Shown here one piece after another: positions 32,619-43,274 of a DNA stretch of 64,000 nucleotides. The stretch comes from an uncultured delta proteobacterium (GTDB taxonomy: Bacteria; Desulfobacterota; Desulfobacteria; Desulfobacterales; UBA2156): NCBI GenBank assembly GCA_963736855.1, contig CAVTQK010000009.1, positions 160,001 to 224,000 on the forward strand, in the 5' to 3' direction. The notes beneath the pieces are model-generated. The model did not search any database, was not told where the DNA came from, and saw only the letters and a program-made list of their open reading frames with translations. Position 1 is the stretch's first letter, and every line of letters starts with the position of its first letter. The position numbers and the translations under genes are program-made.

Positions 32619-32845
32619 TGCGGGGAAACGCCGGGGGGCTGCTTGGGGAGCATCATTTCCTCATGTATCTTTTTGGCACACGAGTAGCAGACCCAGTAAT
32701 CGACATAACGGTTGCGACCGCTTGCTCCTTCTATAAAAGGTTGCCGGAGGATGTCCCCGACACTGATATGTTTTCCACAGGAGGGGCAAGAACCGGGCCA
32801 GAAGGCGATTTTTCGAAGCATCTTATCATAAACGTTCTTTTTCAT
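32615..32845 (-). CDS. Small CxxC...CxxC zinc-binding hypothetical protein
   Basis: ATG 32845 with SD GGAGG; CPSC...CYSC; 76 aa. Confidence 0.6.
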   Translation of the reverse strand: MKKNVYDKMLRKIAFWPGSCPSCGKHISVGDILRQPFIEGASGRNRYVDYWVCYSCAKKIHEEMMLPKQPPGVSPH

Positions 32846-33130
32846 TTGAACCTCCGTCAAAACGGAGCATTGGTTTATCGGCCGTTCTTGCCTTGAGCAT
32901 CTTTCTGAAATACTTTTACGGATATAAATACCGTATTATGGATCGGTAGTCAAATCCCTTTTTCAACCCTCTGGTTTTAAGAAATGAGCATGGAACCATA
33001 GTGCATAAGCCGTTCAAGAAAAATGACCTTTCCTTCACCCCCTTGACGTTTTAGGCGCCCTGCTGATAAAGGGTTCGAAGTAATTTTCACGATCTCTGCC
33101 GTCAAAATCTGATCTCTGGAAAGAACCGGG

Positions 33131-34093
33131 ATGCTTTTTCACACCTCCGGGGTTGAAGTCTCCGTTTGGGTGCCCCCTGTAATCGCGTTTGTGATTTCAT
33201 TTTTCACTTCCATGGGAGGTGTTTCCGGTGCCTTTCTCCTGTTGCCGTTTCAAATTTCGGTTTTAGGATATACCCATCCTTCAGTGAGCGCTACCAATCA
33301 GTTGTTCAACGTCGTGGCCATCCCCAGCGGCGTCTATCGGTATTGGAAAGAAGGGCGAATGGTCTGGCCGCTGGCCTGTGTGGTGGTGGCCGGAACCCTC
33401 CCCGGAGTTTTCATCGGCGCAGTCATCCGGGTGGCTTATTTTCCGGACCCGAAAAACTTCAAGATGTTTGCTGCAGGGGTCCTGCTCTATATCGGCCTTA
33501 AAATGGTATATGACCTGCTTCGAAAAAAGGGGGAAAGATCCGTCCAGGCTGTTCTTGAGGACCGCTTTCAAAAACAGGTTCGAAGCTTACGGAAAACAAC
33601 CGACACATCAGCGGAAACTCAAGAGGACTTTCGATCGGCTGTCCAGGTCACCCATTTCAACCTGAAGAGGCTCGAATATCTTTTTTATGGCCGGTCTTTC
33701 AATGTCTCTTTCTGGGGCATTTTTTTGCTCAGCCTTGTCGTCGGCATCGTCGGCGGCATTTACGGCATAGGCGGAGGAGCCATCATCGCCCCATTTTTCG
33801 TCACCTTTTTCGGCCTTCCGATCTACACCGTTGCAGGTGCCGCCCTGATGGGGACATTCGTAACCTCGGTTGCAGGTGTTGTATTCTACCAAGCCATAGC
33901 TCCGCTGTATCCGAACCTGTCGGTGGCCCCGGACTGGCCCCTAGGGGTCCTTTTCGGAATCGGAGGCATGGCCGGCATGTACCTGGGAGCCCGCTGCCAG
34001 AAATTCATTCCCGCCAAGGTCATCAAATGGATGCTGGCCGGCATCCTCCTGTTCACAGCGGCAAAGTATGTGGGGGGCTTTTTCGGAATTTAG
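33131..34093 (+). CDS. Sulfite exporter TauE/SafE family membrane protein
   Basis: Duplicated GGVSGAFLLLP / GIYGIGGGAIIAP motifs; multiple TM segments. Confidence 0.88.
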   Translation: MLFHTSGVEVSVWVPPVIAFVISFFTSMGGVSGAFLLLPFQISVLGYTHPSVSATNQLFNVVAIPSGVYRYWKEGRMVWPLACVVVAGTLPGVFIGAVIRVAYFPDPKNFKMFAAGVLLYIGLKMVYDLLRKKGERSVQAVLEDRFQKQVRSLRKTTDTSAETQEDFRSAVQVTHFNLKRLEYLFYGRSFNVSFWGIFLLSLVVGIVGGIYGIGGGAIIAPFFVTFFGLPIYTVAGAALMGTFVTSVAGVVFYQAIAPLYPNLSVAPDWPLGVLFGIGGMAGMYLGARCQKFIPAKVIKWMLAGILLFTAAKYVGGFFGI

Positions 34094-34253
34094 AGGGCTT
34101 CCTTGCAGTCTTTTTAACCCCACCTCCGATGTTCGCCGCTTTTTCATATCTAGAGACCACGGTAGGGGAAATTCTGGAGCAAATCATCCGGATGGTGCCG
34201 CCTGCAGCAGGGGCCATTTTTTTACCCGGAGGGAAAGCCGAAGAAGTTTTGGG

Positions 34254-35789
34254 CTATCGGATCATGGCCTTTTCTATGCGGACCCACCATTGCCGCATTT
34301 CTTTTTTATCGGATACCTTTATCGCAGTGGCCACTCTATAGTAACCATTGGGGGCGATCTCTTGCTGGACCTGCATACGAACCTTGTCTTTTTCTTTCCA
34401 TCCTTTTGATAAAACGACGGTAAGATTGGATACGGCCACCGTGGTCGGGTTGTTGATGAAGACATGGATCCGACCATCCTTTTCTTCGAGATAAGACGTC
34501 AGGTAGCGATCCGGGTTTTTCGGAAGATCGAGTCTATGCAGCATCCCTTTCGCCTCCTGCCCAGCGGCAGATCGGGAACCTGCGGCTTTTTCGAAATTGT
34601 CGATGGCTTTTTGCACATCCCCTTCGGCAGCAAACATGCGTCCGAGGGATAAATGAGCATCGGCTGTGGGAAACAACTCGAGACTCTGTTGCAGGTCTTT
34701 TCGGGCAAAGATCTCATTTTTCATTGCCTCGTAAAGCTGACCCCGCTTGAGGTAATACCGGAAATAATTCGGGTCTTTTTCGACGGCGCTGTTGTAAGCA
34801 TTCAACGCACCGCCCTGATCTCCTTGAAGGAACAGCGACTCCCCGAAAAGACAATAAAACAGAGCTTCCCGCGGTTCCATTCGGATTGCCTCTTTCGCCG
34901 ATGAAAACGCTTCCGCAGGCCTTGATTGATGGATCGCCTTTACCCCTTTTTCGTACAGCGCATAGGCCGGCCGGACTTTCAACAGGAAAGCGGTTTTTTC
35001 TCGATAGCGCTCTGAACCGGTTTCACCATCCCCGAAAGATAGGTTGATAAGTCTTTCCCTGTTTTTGTCCACCCGTTCTTCCGAGGGCGGATGACTGGCA
35101 AAAAGGCCATCGAGCCAGTTGGATTTCTTCTCTTTGGACAGCTTCACGAATTTCTCCTGAAGATCCACGGCCGCCTTGGGGTCGTATCCGGCCCGGACCA
35201 TGTACAACATGGAGTAATGATCGGCTTCAAGTTCATCCTCGCGTGAGTATGTTTGTTTGATCAGGCTTGCGCCGACGACGGCGGACCCGACAGCCAACGC
35301 AGAAAAGTCACTGCTTCCGGCAGCGATAGCTACGATGGCCACAAGTCCTTGCAGGATCAGATGTCGCTCCGCACTTTTCGCACCGTGTCTGGCGGCCGCA
35401 TGTACGATCTCATGGGCAAGCACTGCCGCCAGCTCCGCCTCATTTTGCAGCTCCACCAGTAATCCCCTATTGATAGCGATCTTCCCCCCGGGAAGTGCCC
35501 AGGCATTTGGGGTTCCGTTATTGAGAATCGCGAATTCATAGGGGAGCTTACGATCGCTCACGGCCACGATCCTGTTGCCGACTTCGCTGACATACCGGTT
35601 GAGTTCGGGATCCAAAATATAGTCGCCACCCTGCATCTGCCGGGAAGGGGCGTACTGTTTTTGCCCGATGCCCATTTCCATCGATTCGGAAACCAGCACC
35701 AGTTCTCTGTTTTGCGTCACCGGATTGATGGCGCATCCGTTCGGAAAGAAAAGAATGAGGGCAAGAATCATCAGGCGGAATATTTTCAT
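34254..35789 (-). CDS. M48 family metalloprotease lipoprotein with TPR repeats (BepA/YfgC-like)
   Basis: NAWALPGG, HEIVH, YSREDELEAD, SHP; TPR-like helices; SD AGGAG. Confidence 0.92.
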   Translation of the reverse strand: MKIFRLMILALILFFPNGCAINPVTQNRELVLVSESMEMGIGQKQYAPSRQMQGGDYILDPELNRYVSEVGNRIVAVSDRKLPYEFAILNNGTPNAWALPGGKIAINRGLLVELQNEAELAAVLAHEIVHAAARHGAKSAERHLILQGLVAIVAIAAGSSDFSALAVGSAVVGASLIKQTYSREDELEADHYSMLYMVRAGYDPKAAVDLQEKFVKLSKEKKSNWLDGLFASHPPSEERVDKNRERLINLSFGDGETGSERYREKTAFLLKVRPAYALYEKGVKAIHQSRPAEAFSSAKEAIRMEPREALFYCLFGESLFLQGDQGGALNAYNSAVEKDPNYFRYYLKRGQLYEAMKNEIFARKDLQQSLELFPTADAHLSLGRMFAAEGDVQKAIDNFEKAAGSRSAAGQEAKGMLHRLDLPKNPDRYLTSYLEEKDGRIHVFINNPTTVAVSNLTVVLSKGWKEKDKVRMQVQQEIAPNGYYRVATAIKVSDKKEMRQWWVRIEKAMIR

Positions 35790-36124
35790 GGTACTCCTGA
35801 CTATAACATCCCTTAATGGTTTGACTTTTCCCAAGAGGATGATTCTCGATGGCCATCCTTAACCATGCCTCACCCCTTGGGAGCGGAATTGCCTCAAGAG
35901 GACTGACTTTAATCCCTTACGATAGACATGACAATAAAAACAACCGTAAACCATGTGTTGTCATCAAACATTATATTATCAAATATAAATAATATAAATA
36001 GTAATGATACGTTCATTGACACTGATTCGTATGTGATTATTTTTCGCTCAAAAAGACAGGGAATTGCCCGATGCAAACGAATAGCCAAAGAAAGGTTTTA
36101 AAGAATTGATCAAGAAGGCGTATA

Positions 36125-36259
36125 ATGGCCATTACCTATAAGGATTATTATAAAACACTGGGGATTTCCCAAAACGCTTCTCAGGAGGAAATCCAGCGCG
36201 CCTATCGGAAATTGGCCCGAAAATACCATCCGGACATCAACAAGGCCCGGCGAGCTTGA
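36125..36259 (+). pseudogene. Truncated DnaJ/CbpA J-domain fragment (44 aa)
   Basis: [44 protein letters not shown]. Has HPD, then stops 18 nt before the clpB start. Confidence 0.85.
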
Positions 36260-36277
36260 TCATTGGAGGAGATTACA

Positions 36278-38905
36278 ATGGACATGAACAAACTGACCGT
36301 AAAATGTCAGGAAGCACTTCAAGCGGCTCACACAAAAGCGGTCCGCTTCAACCACCATGAAGTGGACGGCGAGCATCTGCTCCTTGCGCTGTTGGAACAA
36401 ACGGACGGATTGGTCCCCCGTCTTCTGAAACGCATGGAAATTCCGGAGACGGATGTTCGACGGCGGCTTGAGCAGGAACTGGACAAAAAACCCAGGATCA
36501 GCGGACCCGGAATCGAACCGGGGAAGGTATATATCACCCAGAGACTGAGCCGACTGCTGGTGCAAGCCCAAAACGAAGCCGACAGCCTGAAAGATGAATA
36601 CGTCTCTGTTGAGCATATCCTTTTGGCCTTCATAGAAGAAGGGAAAAAGACAGCCTCCGGTAAGATCCTTACTGAATTCGGCATCACGCGGGAATTGTTG
36701 CTTAAAACGTTGACCGCTATCCGAGGCCACCAGCGCGTGACAAGCGCTGATCCTGAAGGGACTTACGAGGCGCTGCAGAAATATGGACGGGACCTGGTCG
36801 AAGAGGCCCGATCCGCCAAGCTGGATCCGGTGATCGGGAGGGACGGCGAGATTCGGCGCGTGATCAGAATCCTTTCCCGAAAAACCAAGAATAATCCGGT
36901 TCTGATCGGTGAGCCGGGTGTCGGGAAAACCGCCATCGTCGAAGGACTGGCCCATCGGATCGTTCGCCAGGACGTCCCGGAAGGCTTAAAAAACAAGACC
37001 ATCTTCGCCCTGGACATGGGGGCCCTGGTGGCCGGCGCCAAGTTCCGCGGCGAATTCGAGGAGCGTCTGAAGGCGGTCTTAAAGGACATCAAGGAATCCG
37101 AGGGAAGGATTCTGCTTTTCATCGATGAGCTGCACACCATTGTAGGGGCCGGCAAAGCCGAAGGCGCCATCGATGCCGGCAACATGCTCAAACCCATGCT
37201 GGCGAGAGGCGAACTCCATTGTATCGGAGCCACGACTCTGGATGAGTATCGGAAATACATCGAAAAAGACAAAGCTTTGGAACGACGGTTTCAGCCGATC
37301 GTGGTGGATGAGCCCTCGGTGGAAGATACCATCTCCATCCTGCGCGGGCTGAAAGAACGTTACGAAGTGCACCACGGAGTGAAAATTCAGGATAGCGCCT
37401 TGGTCACTGCTGCGGTCTTGTCCAATCGGTACATCAGCGACCGCTTCCTTCCGGATAAAGCCATTGATCTGGTGGATGAAGCCTGCGCCATGATCCGAAC
37501 CGAAATCGACTCCATGCCCACGGAACTGGACGAGGTGTCCCGAAGAATCATGCAACTGGAAATCGAAGAAGCCGCCCTTAAAAAAGAGACGGATCGTTCC
37601 AGCCACGAGCGTTTGAAGGCTCTCCAAAAAGAACTGGCCGACCTCAGGGAAAAAGCCCATGGGATGCGTGCACAGTGGGACATTGAAAAAGAAGCCATTA
37701 AAAAGATCCAGGTCATCCGGGAGGAAATCGAAAAGATGCGCCATGACCTCGAGATGGCTGAACGCAGCTACGACTTGAACCGCGCCGCGGAATTGCGGCA
37801 CGGCAAGCTTCCGGAGTTGGAGCGTAACCTGAAGGCAGAAGAAGAAAAACTGGCCGAAAAGGAGACCGGAGAGCGGTTGCTTCGGGAGGAAGTGACCGAA
37901 GAAGAGATTGCGGAAATCATTTCGCGCTGGACCGGCATCCCGGTTGCCCGCCTCATGGAAGGCGAGCGCCAGAAGATCCTCCGCCTCGATGAGGTGTTGC
38001 ACGAGCGTGTCATCGGACAGGATGAGGCGGTCCAACTGGTGGCAGATGCGGTGATCCGTGCTCGTTCCGGTGTCAAGGATCCCCGAAGACCCATCGGAAC
38101 CTTCATCTTCCTGGGTCCTACGGGCGTCGGAAAGACGGAACTGGCTAAAACACTGGCCGAAGCCTTGTTTGATACCGAAGAGAACATGATTCGGATTGAC
38201 ATGAGTGAATACATGGAAAAGCATACCGTTGCCCGGCTGATCGGCGCACCCCCGGGGTATGTGGGGTTCGAGGAAGGCGGACAGTTGACCGAGGCCGTGC
38301 GAAGAAAACCTTATTCCGTGATTCTCTTTGACGAAATCGAAAAGGCGCACCAAGATGTCTTCAATGTGCTGCTCCAGATTTTTGACGATGGCCGGCTCAC
38401 GGACGGTCAAGGCCGCACGGTCGATTTCAAAAACGCCGTCATCATCATGACCAGCAATATCGGGTCGCATCATCTCCTGGAAGGGATTACCGAAAGCGGA
38501 ACCATCAAAAAGGGGGTGGAAAGCCGGGTGATGAGCGAACTCCGCCATCATTTCCGTCCGGAATTCCTCAACCGCGTCGATGACATCGTGATGTTCAAAC
38601 CGCTGACTCTCGAAGAAGTGCAACGGATCGTAACCTTGCTGACCCGGGATCTTTCCAAGCGGCTCAAAGATCGAAATGTGGCCGTTGAAATTACGGATAC
38701 CGCCCGGGAATTCATCGCAAAAACCGGCTACGATCCGGTTTACGGTGCGCGACCCTTGCGACGATACATTCAACGGGAGCTGGAGACGCGCATTGGCCGG
38801 GCTCTCATTGCCGGAGACATCCCCGAAGGAGCCGTCATCAGGGTGGACATGAAAAACGACGCGCTGACTGTCAGCCACGCAGTCAAGCCTCCGGAGCAAT
38901 CGTGA
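36278..38905 (+). CDS. clpB: ATP-dependent chaperone ClpB
   Basis: GEPGVGKT and GPTGVGKT Walker A motifs, coiled-coil M domain, [16 protein letters not shown]. Confidence 0.98.
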   Translation: MDMNKLTVKCQEALQAAHTKAVRFNHHEVDGEHLLLALLEQTDGLVPRLLKRMEIPETDVRRRLEQELDKKPRISGPGIEPGKVYITQRLSRLLVQAQNEADSLKDEYVSVEHILLAFIEEGKKTASGKILTEFGITRELLLKTLTAIRGHQRVTSADPEGTYEALQKYGRDLVEEARSAKLDPVIGRDGEIRRVIRILSRKTKNNPVLIGEPGVGKTAIVEGLAHRIVRQDVPEGLKNKTIFALDMGALVAGAKFRGEFEERLKAVLKDIKESEGRILLFIDELHTIVGAGKAEGAIDAGNMLKPMLARGELHCIGATTLDEYRKYIEKDKALERRFQPIVVDEPSVEDTISILRGLKERYEVHHGVKIQDSALVTAAVLSNRYISDRFLPDKAIDLVDEACAMIRTEIDSMPTELDEVSRRIMQLEIEEAALKKETDRSSHERLKALQKELADLREKAHGMRAQWDIEKEAIKKIQVIREEIEKMRHDLEMAERSYDLNRAAELRHGKLPELERNLKAEEEKLAEKETGERLLREEVTEEEIAEIISRWTGIPVARLMEGERQKILRLDEVLHERVIGQDEAVQLVADAVIRARSGVKDPRRPIGTFIFLGPTGVGKTELAKTLAEALFDTEENMIRIDMSEYMEKHTVARLIGAPPGYVGFEEGGQLTEAVRRKPYSVILFDEIEKAHQDVFNVLLQIFDDGRLTDGQGRTVDFKNAVIIMTSNIGSHHLLEGITESGTIKKGVESRVMSELRHHFRPEFLNRVDDIVMFKPLTLEEVQRIVTLLTRDLSKRLKDRNVAVEITDTAREFIAKTGYDPVYGARPLRRYIQRELETRIGRALIAGDIPEGAVIRVDMKNDALTVSHAVKPPEQS

Positions 38906-38949
38906 CTTCAAGACCAGGCTTTACCGTCCGATAGATCGAGGATCCCGAC

Positions 38950-40632
38950 ATGACTGCATCACACCGTGATCCGAAAAAGAGAATATTTCCTGGAAATTTT
39001 TGGCGCTGGCTGACTCAGGATTTTTTCGGCATTTTCCGGGAAATGCGGACAAGCTATATTCCACCGCTTATGGTGTACCTGGCCGCCGGAGTCTCGGGCT
39101 TCACGGGAATCATCGAGAGTTTCTACGTCAAAGAGGAATTGGGGCTTTCCGCCGCCTTCTTAGCCGGACTGGGGTTCTGGGCCGGTCTTCCCTGGGCTCT
39201 GAAAATGCCGCTGGGCCACCTGGTCGATCTGTTTTGGCATCGAAAAGCCCTTTTTGTTTATCTGGGCGCCCTGCTCATGGCCATAAGCCTTATTATCATG
39301 CTGGGTTTGACCGGGTACAAGACGTGGATGGAAGCGATGCTGCCGGCCGGGACATGGTACGTCCTCGCGGTGCTCTTGTCTCCTGTCGGATACGTATTGC
39401 AGGACGTCGTCGCCGATGCAATGACCGTGGAAGCCGTTCCTCGGTTCCAATCGGACGGCACGGCATTTCCGGATTCCGAGCTGCAACGGATGCATATCAC
39501 CGTGCAGACGCTGGGACGGATCGCGATCCTCGGAGGAAGCGCAGCGGTAGCCGGTCTGGGAGGATGGCTGGCCAAAACTCTTTCTTACTCAGCCATGTAT
39601 CGGATTTCCCTGATCATCCCGGTGATCTCCGTGGTGGGTGTGCTATTCGGAGGCCTGATGGTGAACATGCAGCGCAGAGCATTTCAACGCAAAGGGTTTT
39701 CCGAAACGGACATCTTTAAGATGATGCGGCCGGAAAAGACCGACTTAAAACCGAGCATTTCCATATTGGGGGGAAGCGGCATTTTTATTCTCATGACTTT
39801 ATCCATCGGGCTTTCCGGACTCCCTCTGAAAGAAGAAATCATCTTCTTCGGTTCTCTGCTGATCATCGGATACCTTATCCACCAGCTGCTCCAGCCCCTT
39901 GAAACCGAAAAGCGCCGGGAGATCATCGGTATCGCAGTGATCGTCTTTGTCTTTCGGGCCATGCCCACCCTCGGGGCCGGTGCGTCCTGGTGGGAGATCG
40001 ACGCGCTGGGATTCGACGAAGCATTTTTCGGTACCCTGCGCCAGGTCTCGTCGCTGTTGGCCATCATGGGAATGTTTGCCCTGCGGGCCTGGATGAGCAG
40101 GCGGCCGATACCTTATCTGGTCGTGTTCCTGTCCATATACAGTACCGTCATGTTTCTCCCTTATGTGGGAATGTTTTACGGCATGCATGAGTGGACCGAG
40201 GCGCATCTTGGATTCGGCGCGCAAACCATCGCCATCGTGGATACCATGGCCGACTCCCCCCTGGGGCAGGTCGCCATGATCCCCATGCTGGCCTGGATCG
40301 CCAAGGAAGCTCCTGAAAATCAAAAAGCCACGTACTTTGCCATCATGGCGGCGTTCACAAACCTGGCTCTTTCCGGCAGTCAACTGTTCACTCAGGCGCT
40401 GAATACCGTGTTCGTAATCGAACGCGGCCGGTATGCTGAATTGGGCACGCTGATGTTAATCGTCCTCGCCATCGGACTGATCGTCCCCATCGTCACGGTG
40501 TTCTTTTTCAATCCCAGCTCTAAGAAACTCTCAACTGCTCAATGCATGAAACCATGGACATCCCTTATTACGATTCTTACGACCGGCGATAAAATATCTC
40601 AACGCATTGACATCGCTAAACAATCGGAATAA
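38950..40632 (+). CDS. MFS transporter, folate-biopterin (BT1)-like
   Basis: About 12 TM segments; LPWALKMPLGHLVD, DVVADAMTVE, ATYFAIMAAFTNL. Confidence 0.75.
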   Translation: MTASHRDPKKRIFPGNFWRWLTQDFFGIFREMRTSYIPPLMVYLAAGVSGFTGIIESFYVKEELGLSAAFLAGLGFWAGLPWALKMPLGHLVDLFWHRKALFVYLGALLMAISLIIMLGLTGYKTWMEAMLPAGTWYVLAVLLSPVGYVLQDVVADAMTVEAVPRFQSDGTAFPDSELQRMHITVQTLGRIAILGGSAAVAGLGGWLAKTLSYSAMYRISLIIPVISVVGVLFGGLMVNMQRRAFQRKGFSETDIFKMMRPEKTDLKPSISILGGSGIFILMTLSIGLSGLPLKEEIIFFGSLLIIGYLIHQLLQPLETEKRREIIGIAVIVFVFRAMPTLGAGASWWEIDALGFDEAFFGTLRQVSSLLAIMGMFALRAWMSRRPIPYLVVFLSIYSTVMFLPYVGMFYGMHEWTEAHLGFGAQTIAIVDTMADSPLGQVAMIPMLAWIAKEAPENQKATYFAIMAAFTNLALSGSQLFTQALNTVFVIERGRYAELGTLMLIVLAIGLIVPIVTVFFFNPSSKKLSTAQCMKPWTSLITILTTGDKISQRIDIAKQSE

Positions 40633-40780
40633 TATCAATTCAAAATCAATCTCAAACAGATCTGCGTAGCAGCTCTTTTTCTTCCAGCTACATTCAAAAA
40701 GGCACCAAACGCCTTCCTGAAGCTCTCCGGATTTCCACTGCTATTTGGTGTGTGTTTTTCAAAACTGAAAGGAGGGTTAT

Positions 40781-41728
40781 ATGAAGATAAGAGTGACGCC
40801 ATTGTTCATTTTAAGCCTGCTTTTTTCGATGATCCCCGGCATCGAATCGGCATTTGGGCGGGGGTTTGTTTCCAATCAGACAGGAAACTACCTTTCGGTT
40901 TTTGAAACACCCGGGAATACGATTGTCGCTCAAATCCCGATAGGGAGCGGTCCGAACTTTTTGGACATCACCCCGTCTCATTCAAAGGTATTTATCGCCA
41001 ACCGGGATTCAGGAAATATCTCGATCGTTGAGACAACCGGCTATTCCGTCATCGGAACCGTCTCCGTGGGCTTATATCCTTACAGTGTGGCGATATCGAC
41101 GGATGGATCATGGCTTTACGCGAGCTGCTGGATGGGCGGGTTATATGGCATTCATACCGCAGACCACGGCGTCTATTTCAATATCGACGGCGGTTATGGC
41201 TACTCGGATTTGGAGGTCTCTCCAACCGGAAACCCGCTTTATATTGCCGATGCGGGAAGCAATGCCGTCGTCGTTTTCGACACGGCCGCACGATCCGTTT
41301 CAGGACGAATCCCAGCCGGGCAGGGTACAATGGGAATCGCCATCAACCCGACCGGAACCCGCGTATATGCCATCAATAATGGGGATTCTTCCGTAACCGT
41401 CATCGACACCGCCTCGAATTCCGCCATCGCCACAGTCGGAGTCGGCAAATGCCCGATTGACGGAGTAGTCCATCCGTCTGGGAGTCCCGTCTATGTGACC
41501 AACGGAGACAGCGGCACCATATCGGTTATTGACGCCATCAACAATACCGCAACCTCCGAAATTCCTGTTGGAGTCGCACCAAAAGGACTCGATATCACCC
41601 GGGACGGAACGCTGCTTTATGTCGCTGTCGCAGGCGATGGTGTAGCCGTCATCGACACGGCCACGCTCCAGGTGCTTCGCAATATTCCCGTCGGGAGCGG
41701 CTCGGTAGGGGTTGTGCTTGAAAAATGA
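40781..41728 (+). CDS. Secreted YVTN/YncE-type beta-propeller protein
   Basis: Signal peptide and ~42-aa repeats YVTNGDSGTISVID...IPVG..P; SD GGAGG. Confidence 0.88.
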   Translation: MKIRVTPLFILSLLFSMIPGIESAFGRGFVSNQTGNYLSVFETPGNTIVAQIPIGSGPNFLDITPSHSKVFIANRDSGNISIVETTGYSVIGTVSVGLYPYSVAISTDGSWLYASCWMGGLYGIHTADHGVYFNIDGGYGYSDLEVSPTGNPLYIADAGSNAVVVFDTAARSVSGRIPAGQGTMGIAINPTGTRVYAINNGDSSVTVIDTASNSAIATVGVGKCPIDGVVHPSGSPVYVTNGDSGTISVIDAINNTATSEIPVGVAPKGLDITRDGTLLYVAVAGDGVAVIDTATLQVLRNIPVGSGSVGVVLEK

Positions 41729-41735
41729 TGTAAAC

Positions 41736-41759
41736 CTAAATTGAACGTTTTCAATTTAG
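41736..41759. terminator. Perfect 10-bp inverted repeat between convergent genes
   Basis: CTAAATTGAA-CGTT-TTCAATTTAG just after the YVTN stop. Confidence 0.4.
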
Positions 41760-41951
41760 CAAAAAAGAATTGTGTTTGAATATCCTTTTCTTGGAACGGA
41801 GTTGAGCATTCGAGTAGCCCACTCGTCGGGTGTACTATAAAAGGCATGCAGTGGAATGATTTGCCAAATTGAAAACCCTTTGGGATTGCGGAATGAAATG
41901 GTGTTCTGAGGAAACGGGTTTTCGACGCATACGAATCGCTTTGTACAGGTG

Positions 41952-42452
41952 CTATTGATCTGATGTCATGAGTACGCGACCCCGAGAGGTGAAAGAAACG
42001 CCTTGCTGAGATTGGGTTCCGATCATGATGCATTCAACGATAGGTGGATTTACTTTCTTTTCGGACTTCCACTCAACCATAAAATTTGCACCGGATCCCC
42101 CGGCCTTATCTCTTTCCGCTATGACATAACGTATCGATCCAAGTGGATCTAAAGAAACCGGGTTTTCGAGATATTTTTTTAAGAGCTTCCCCTGCGTATC
42201 ATAGTAATCGACCAAGGTGATATGGATAGATCCTTTTGGATCAATATTTCGAATGCTAAGTGTTACCGCCAATAAAAAAGGTATTTCACGATCGCCGCTG
42301 TAGATATGGGAATAAGCTGGAACATAAATCTTCTGTCCGTCGGATAACCCTTTTACCTCATTAGCGTCTAAAGACATGGGATAAAAAAACAAAGGGCGAA
42401 CAAAAAAAGCCGGCAAGCAAAAGGATAAGGCTTTTTCATACTTTTTCTCCAT
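41952..42452 (-). CDS. DUF3124-like protein
   Basis: GQKIYVPAYSHIY, TLSIRNID, GGSGANFMVEW, GVSFTSRG. Confidence 0.8.
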   Translation of the reverse strand: MEKKYEKALSFCLPAFFVRPLFFYPMSLDANEVKGLSDGQKIYVPAYSHIYSGDREIPFLLAVTLSIRNIDPKGSIHITLVDYYDTQGKLLKKYLENPVSLDPLGSIRYVIAERDKAGGSGANFMVEWKSEKKVNPPIVECIMIGTQSQQGVSFTSRGRVLMTSDQ

Positions 42453-42647
42453 TTTTACTTATTATATCTCTCGATAAACGAGGATGCGGATTCGCGGAGG
42501 TCATATTTACCAAGTGCTGCATTGTTCTAAATTTATAAAGGAAAGTTTTTTCGATGTCAAAATTTTTATATTTTGAAAGGGATGAAGGGATTTGGAAAAT
42601 CCCGATTTGAAAGAAGCTACTGTGGTTCGATCAAAGCGAAGCTCGCT

Positions 42648-43271
42648 TTATGTTTTCAGTTGCCCAATCCGTCTCATCAGCTCTTCGACAAGAGCGAGAT
42701 CCTTTTGTCCCGGACGCTTTTCGACACCGCTGTTGACATCAACGGCATAGGGTCTGACCATCCGAACGGCTTGTTGAATGTTTTCAGGGGTCAGCCCGCC
42801 TGATAGAATGATCGGGATACCATGTTTCCGGGCTTTAACGGCGAGCTTCCAGTCGAAGGTTTCCCCGGTACCCCCCATTTTTACACTGTGGTAGGTGTCC
42901 AATACAGCTCCTTTGACAACCCCGCGGTAAGAATTTATCGCTGAAAGGCTTGAGGGGTTCTGTATCCGAAATGCCTTGATTGCCGAAAAAGGCAGATTGC
43001 GACAATAATCGGGGGTTTCTTCTCCATGAAGCTGAACCAGATCCAGACCACAGAATGTCGCAATATCGAGAAGCGTCCTGGGCCGCTCATCCACAAAGAC
43101 TCCTACAGACCGGACAAACGGCGGGAGGTTATCGATGATCGCCTTCGCTTTTTCCGGAGACACCCGCCGGGGGCTTTCGGCGAATATGAATCCCAGTGCG
43201 TCGACTCCGCAGCGCACGGCCCATAACGCATCCCGGATGCGGGTGATCCCGCAGATTTTGACTCTGACCAT
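42648..43271 (-). CDS. trpF: Phosphoribosylanthranilate isomerase
   Basis: VKICGIT, SPRRV, VQLHGEE, GGTGETFDW, DVNSGVE. Confidence 0.96.
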   Translation of the reverse strand: MVRVKICGITRIRDALWAVRCGVDALGFIFAESPRRVSPEKAKAIIDNLPPFVRSVGVFVDERPRTLLDIATFCGLDLVQLHGEETPDYCRNLPFSAIKAFRIQNPSSLSAINSYRGVVKGAVLDTYHSVKMGGTGETFDWKLAVKARKHGIPIILSGGLTPENIQQAVRMVRPYAVDVNSGVEKRPGQKDLALVEELMRRIGQLKT

Positions 43272-43274
43272 ACC

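Noticed and set aside
35790..36124. CIRCE or HAIR heat-shock operator before clpB
   Set aside because: No match to TTAGCACTC-N9-GAGTGCTAA or CTTGAGT-N7-ACTCAAG; only a weak ATGACAA/TTGTCAT repeat.
17738..36259. Split DnaJ made from the mini J-domain plus the rhomboid DnaJ_C domain
   Set aside because: The genes are 17 kb apart and the J fragment lacks helix III; nothing links them.
37079..38911. 610-aa antisense ORF inside clpB
   Set aside because: Shadow frame of a conserved, codon-biased gene; no motifs seen.
41741..41754. FNR-like box TTGAA-N4-TTCAA
   Set aside because: It lies between convergent 3' ends, so a terminator hairpin is more likely.
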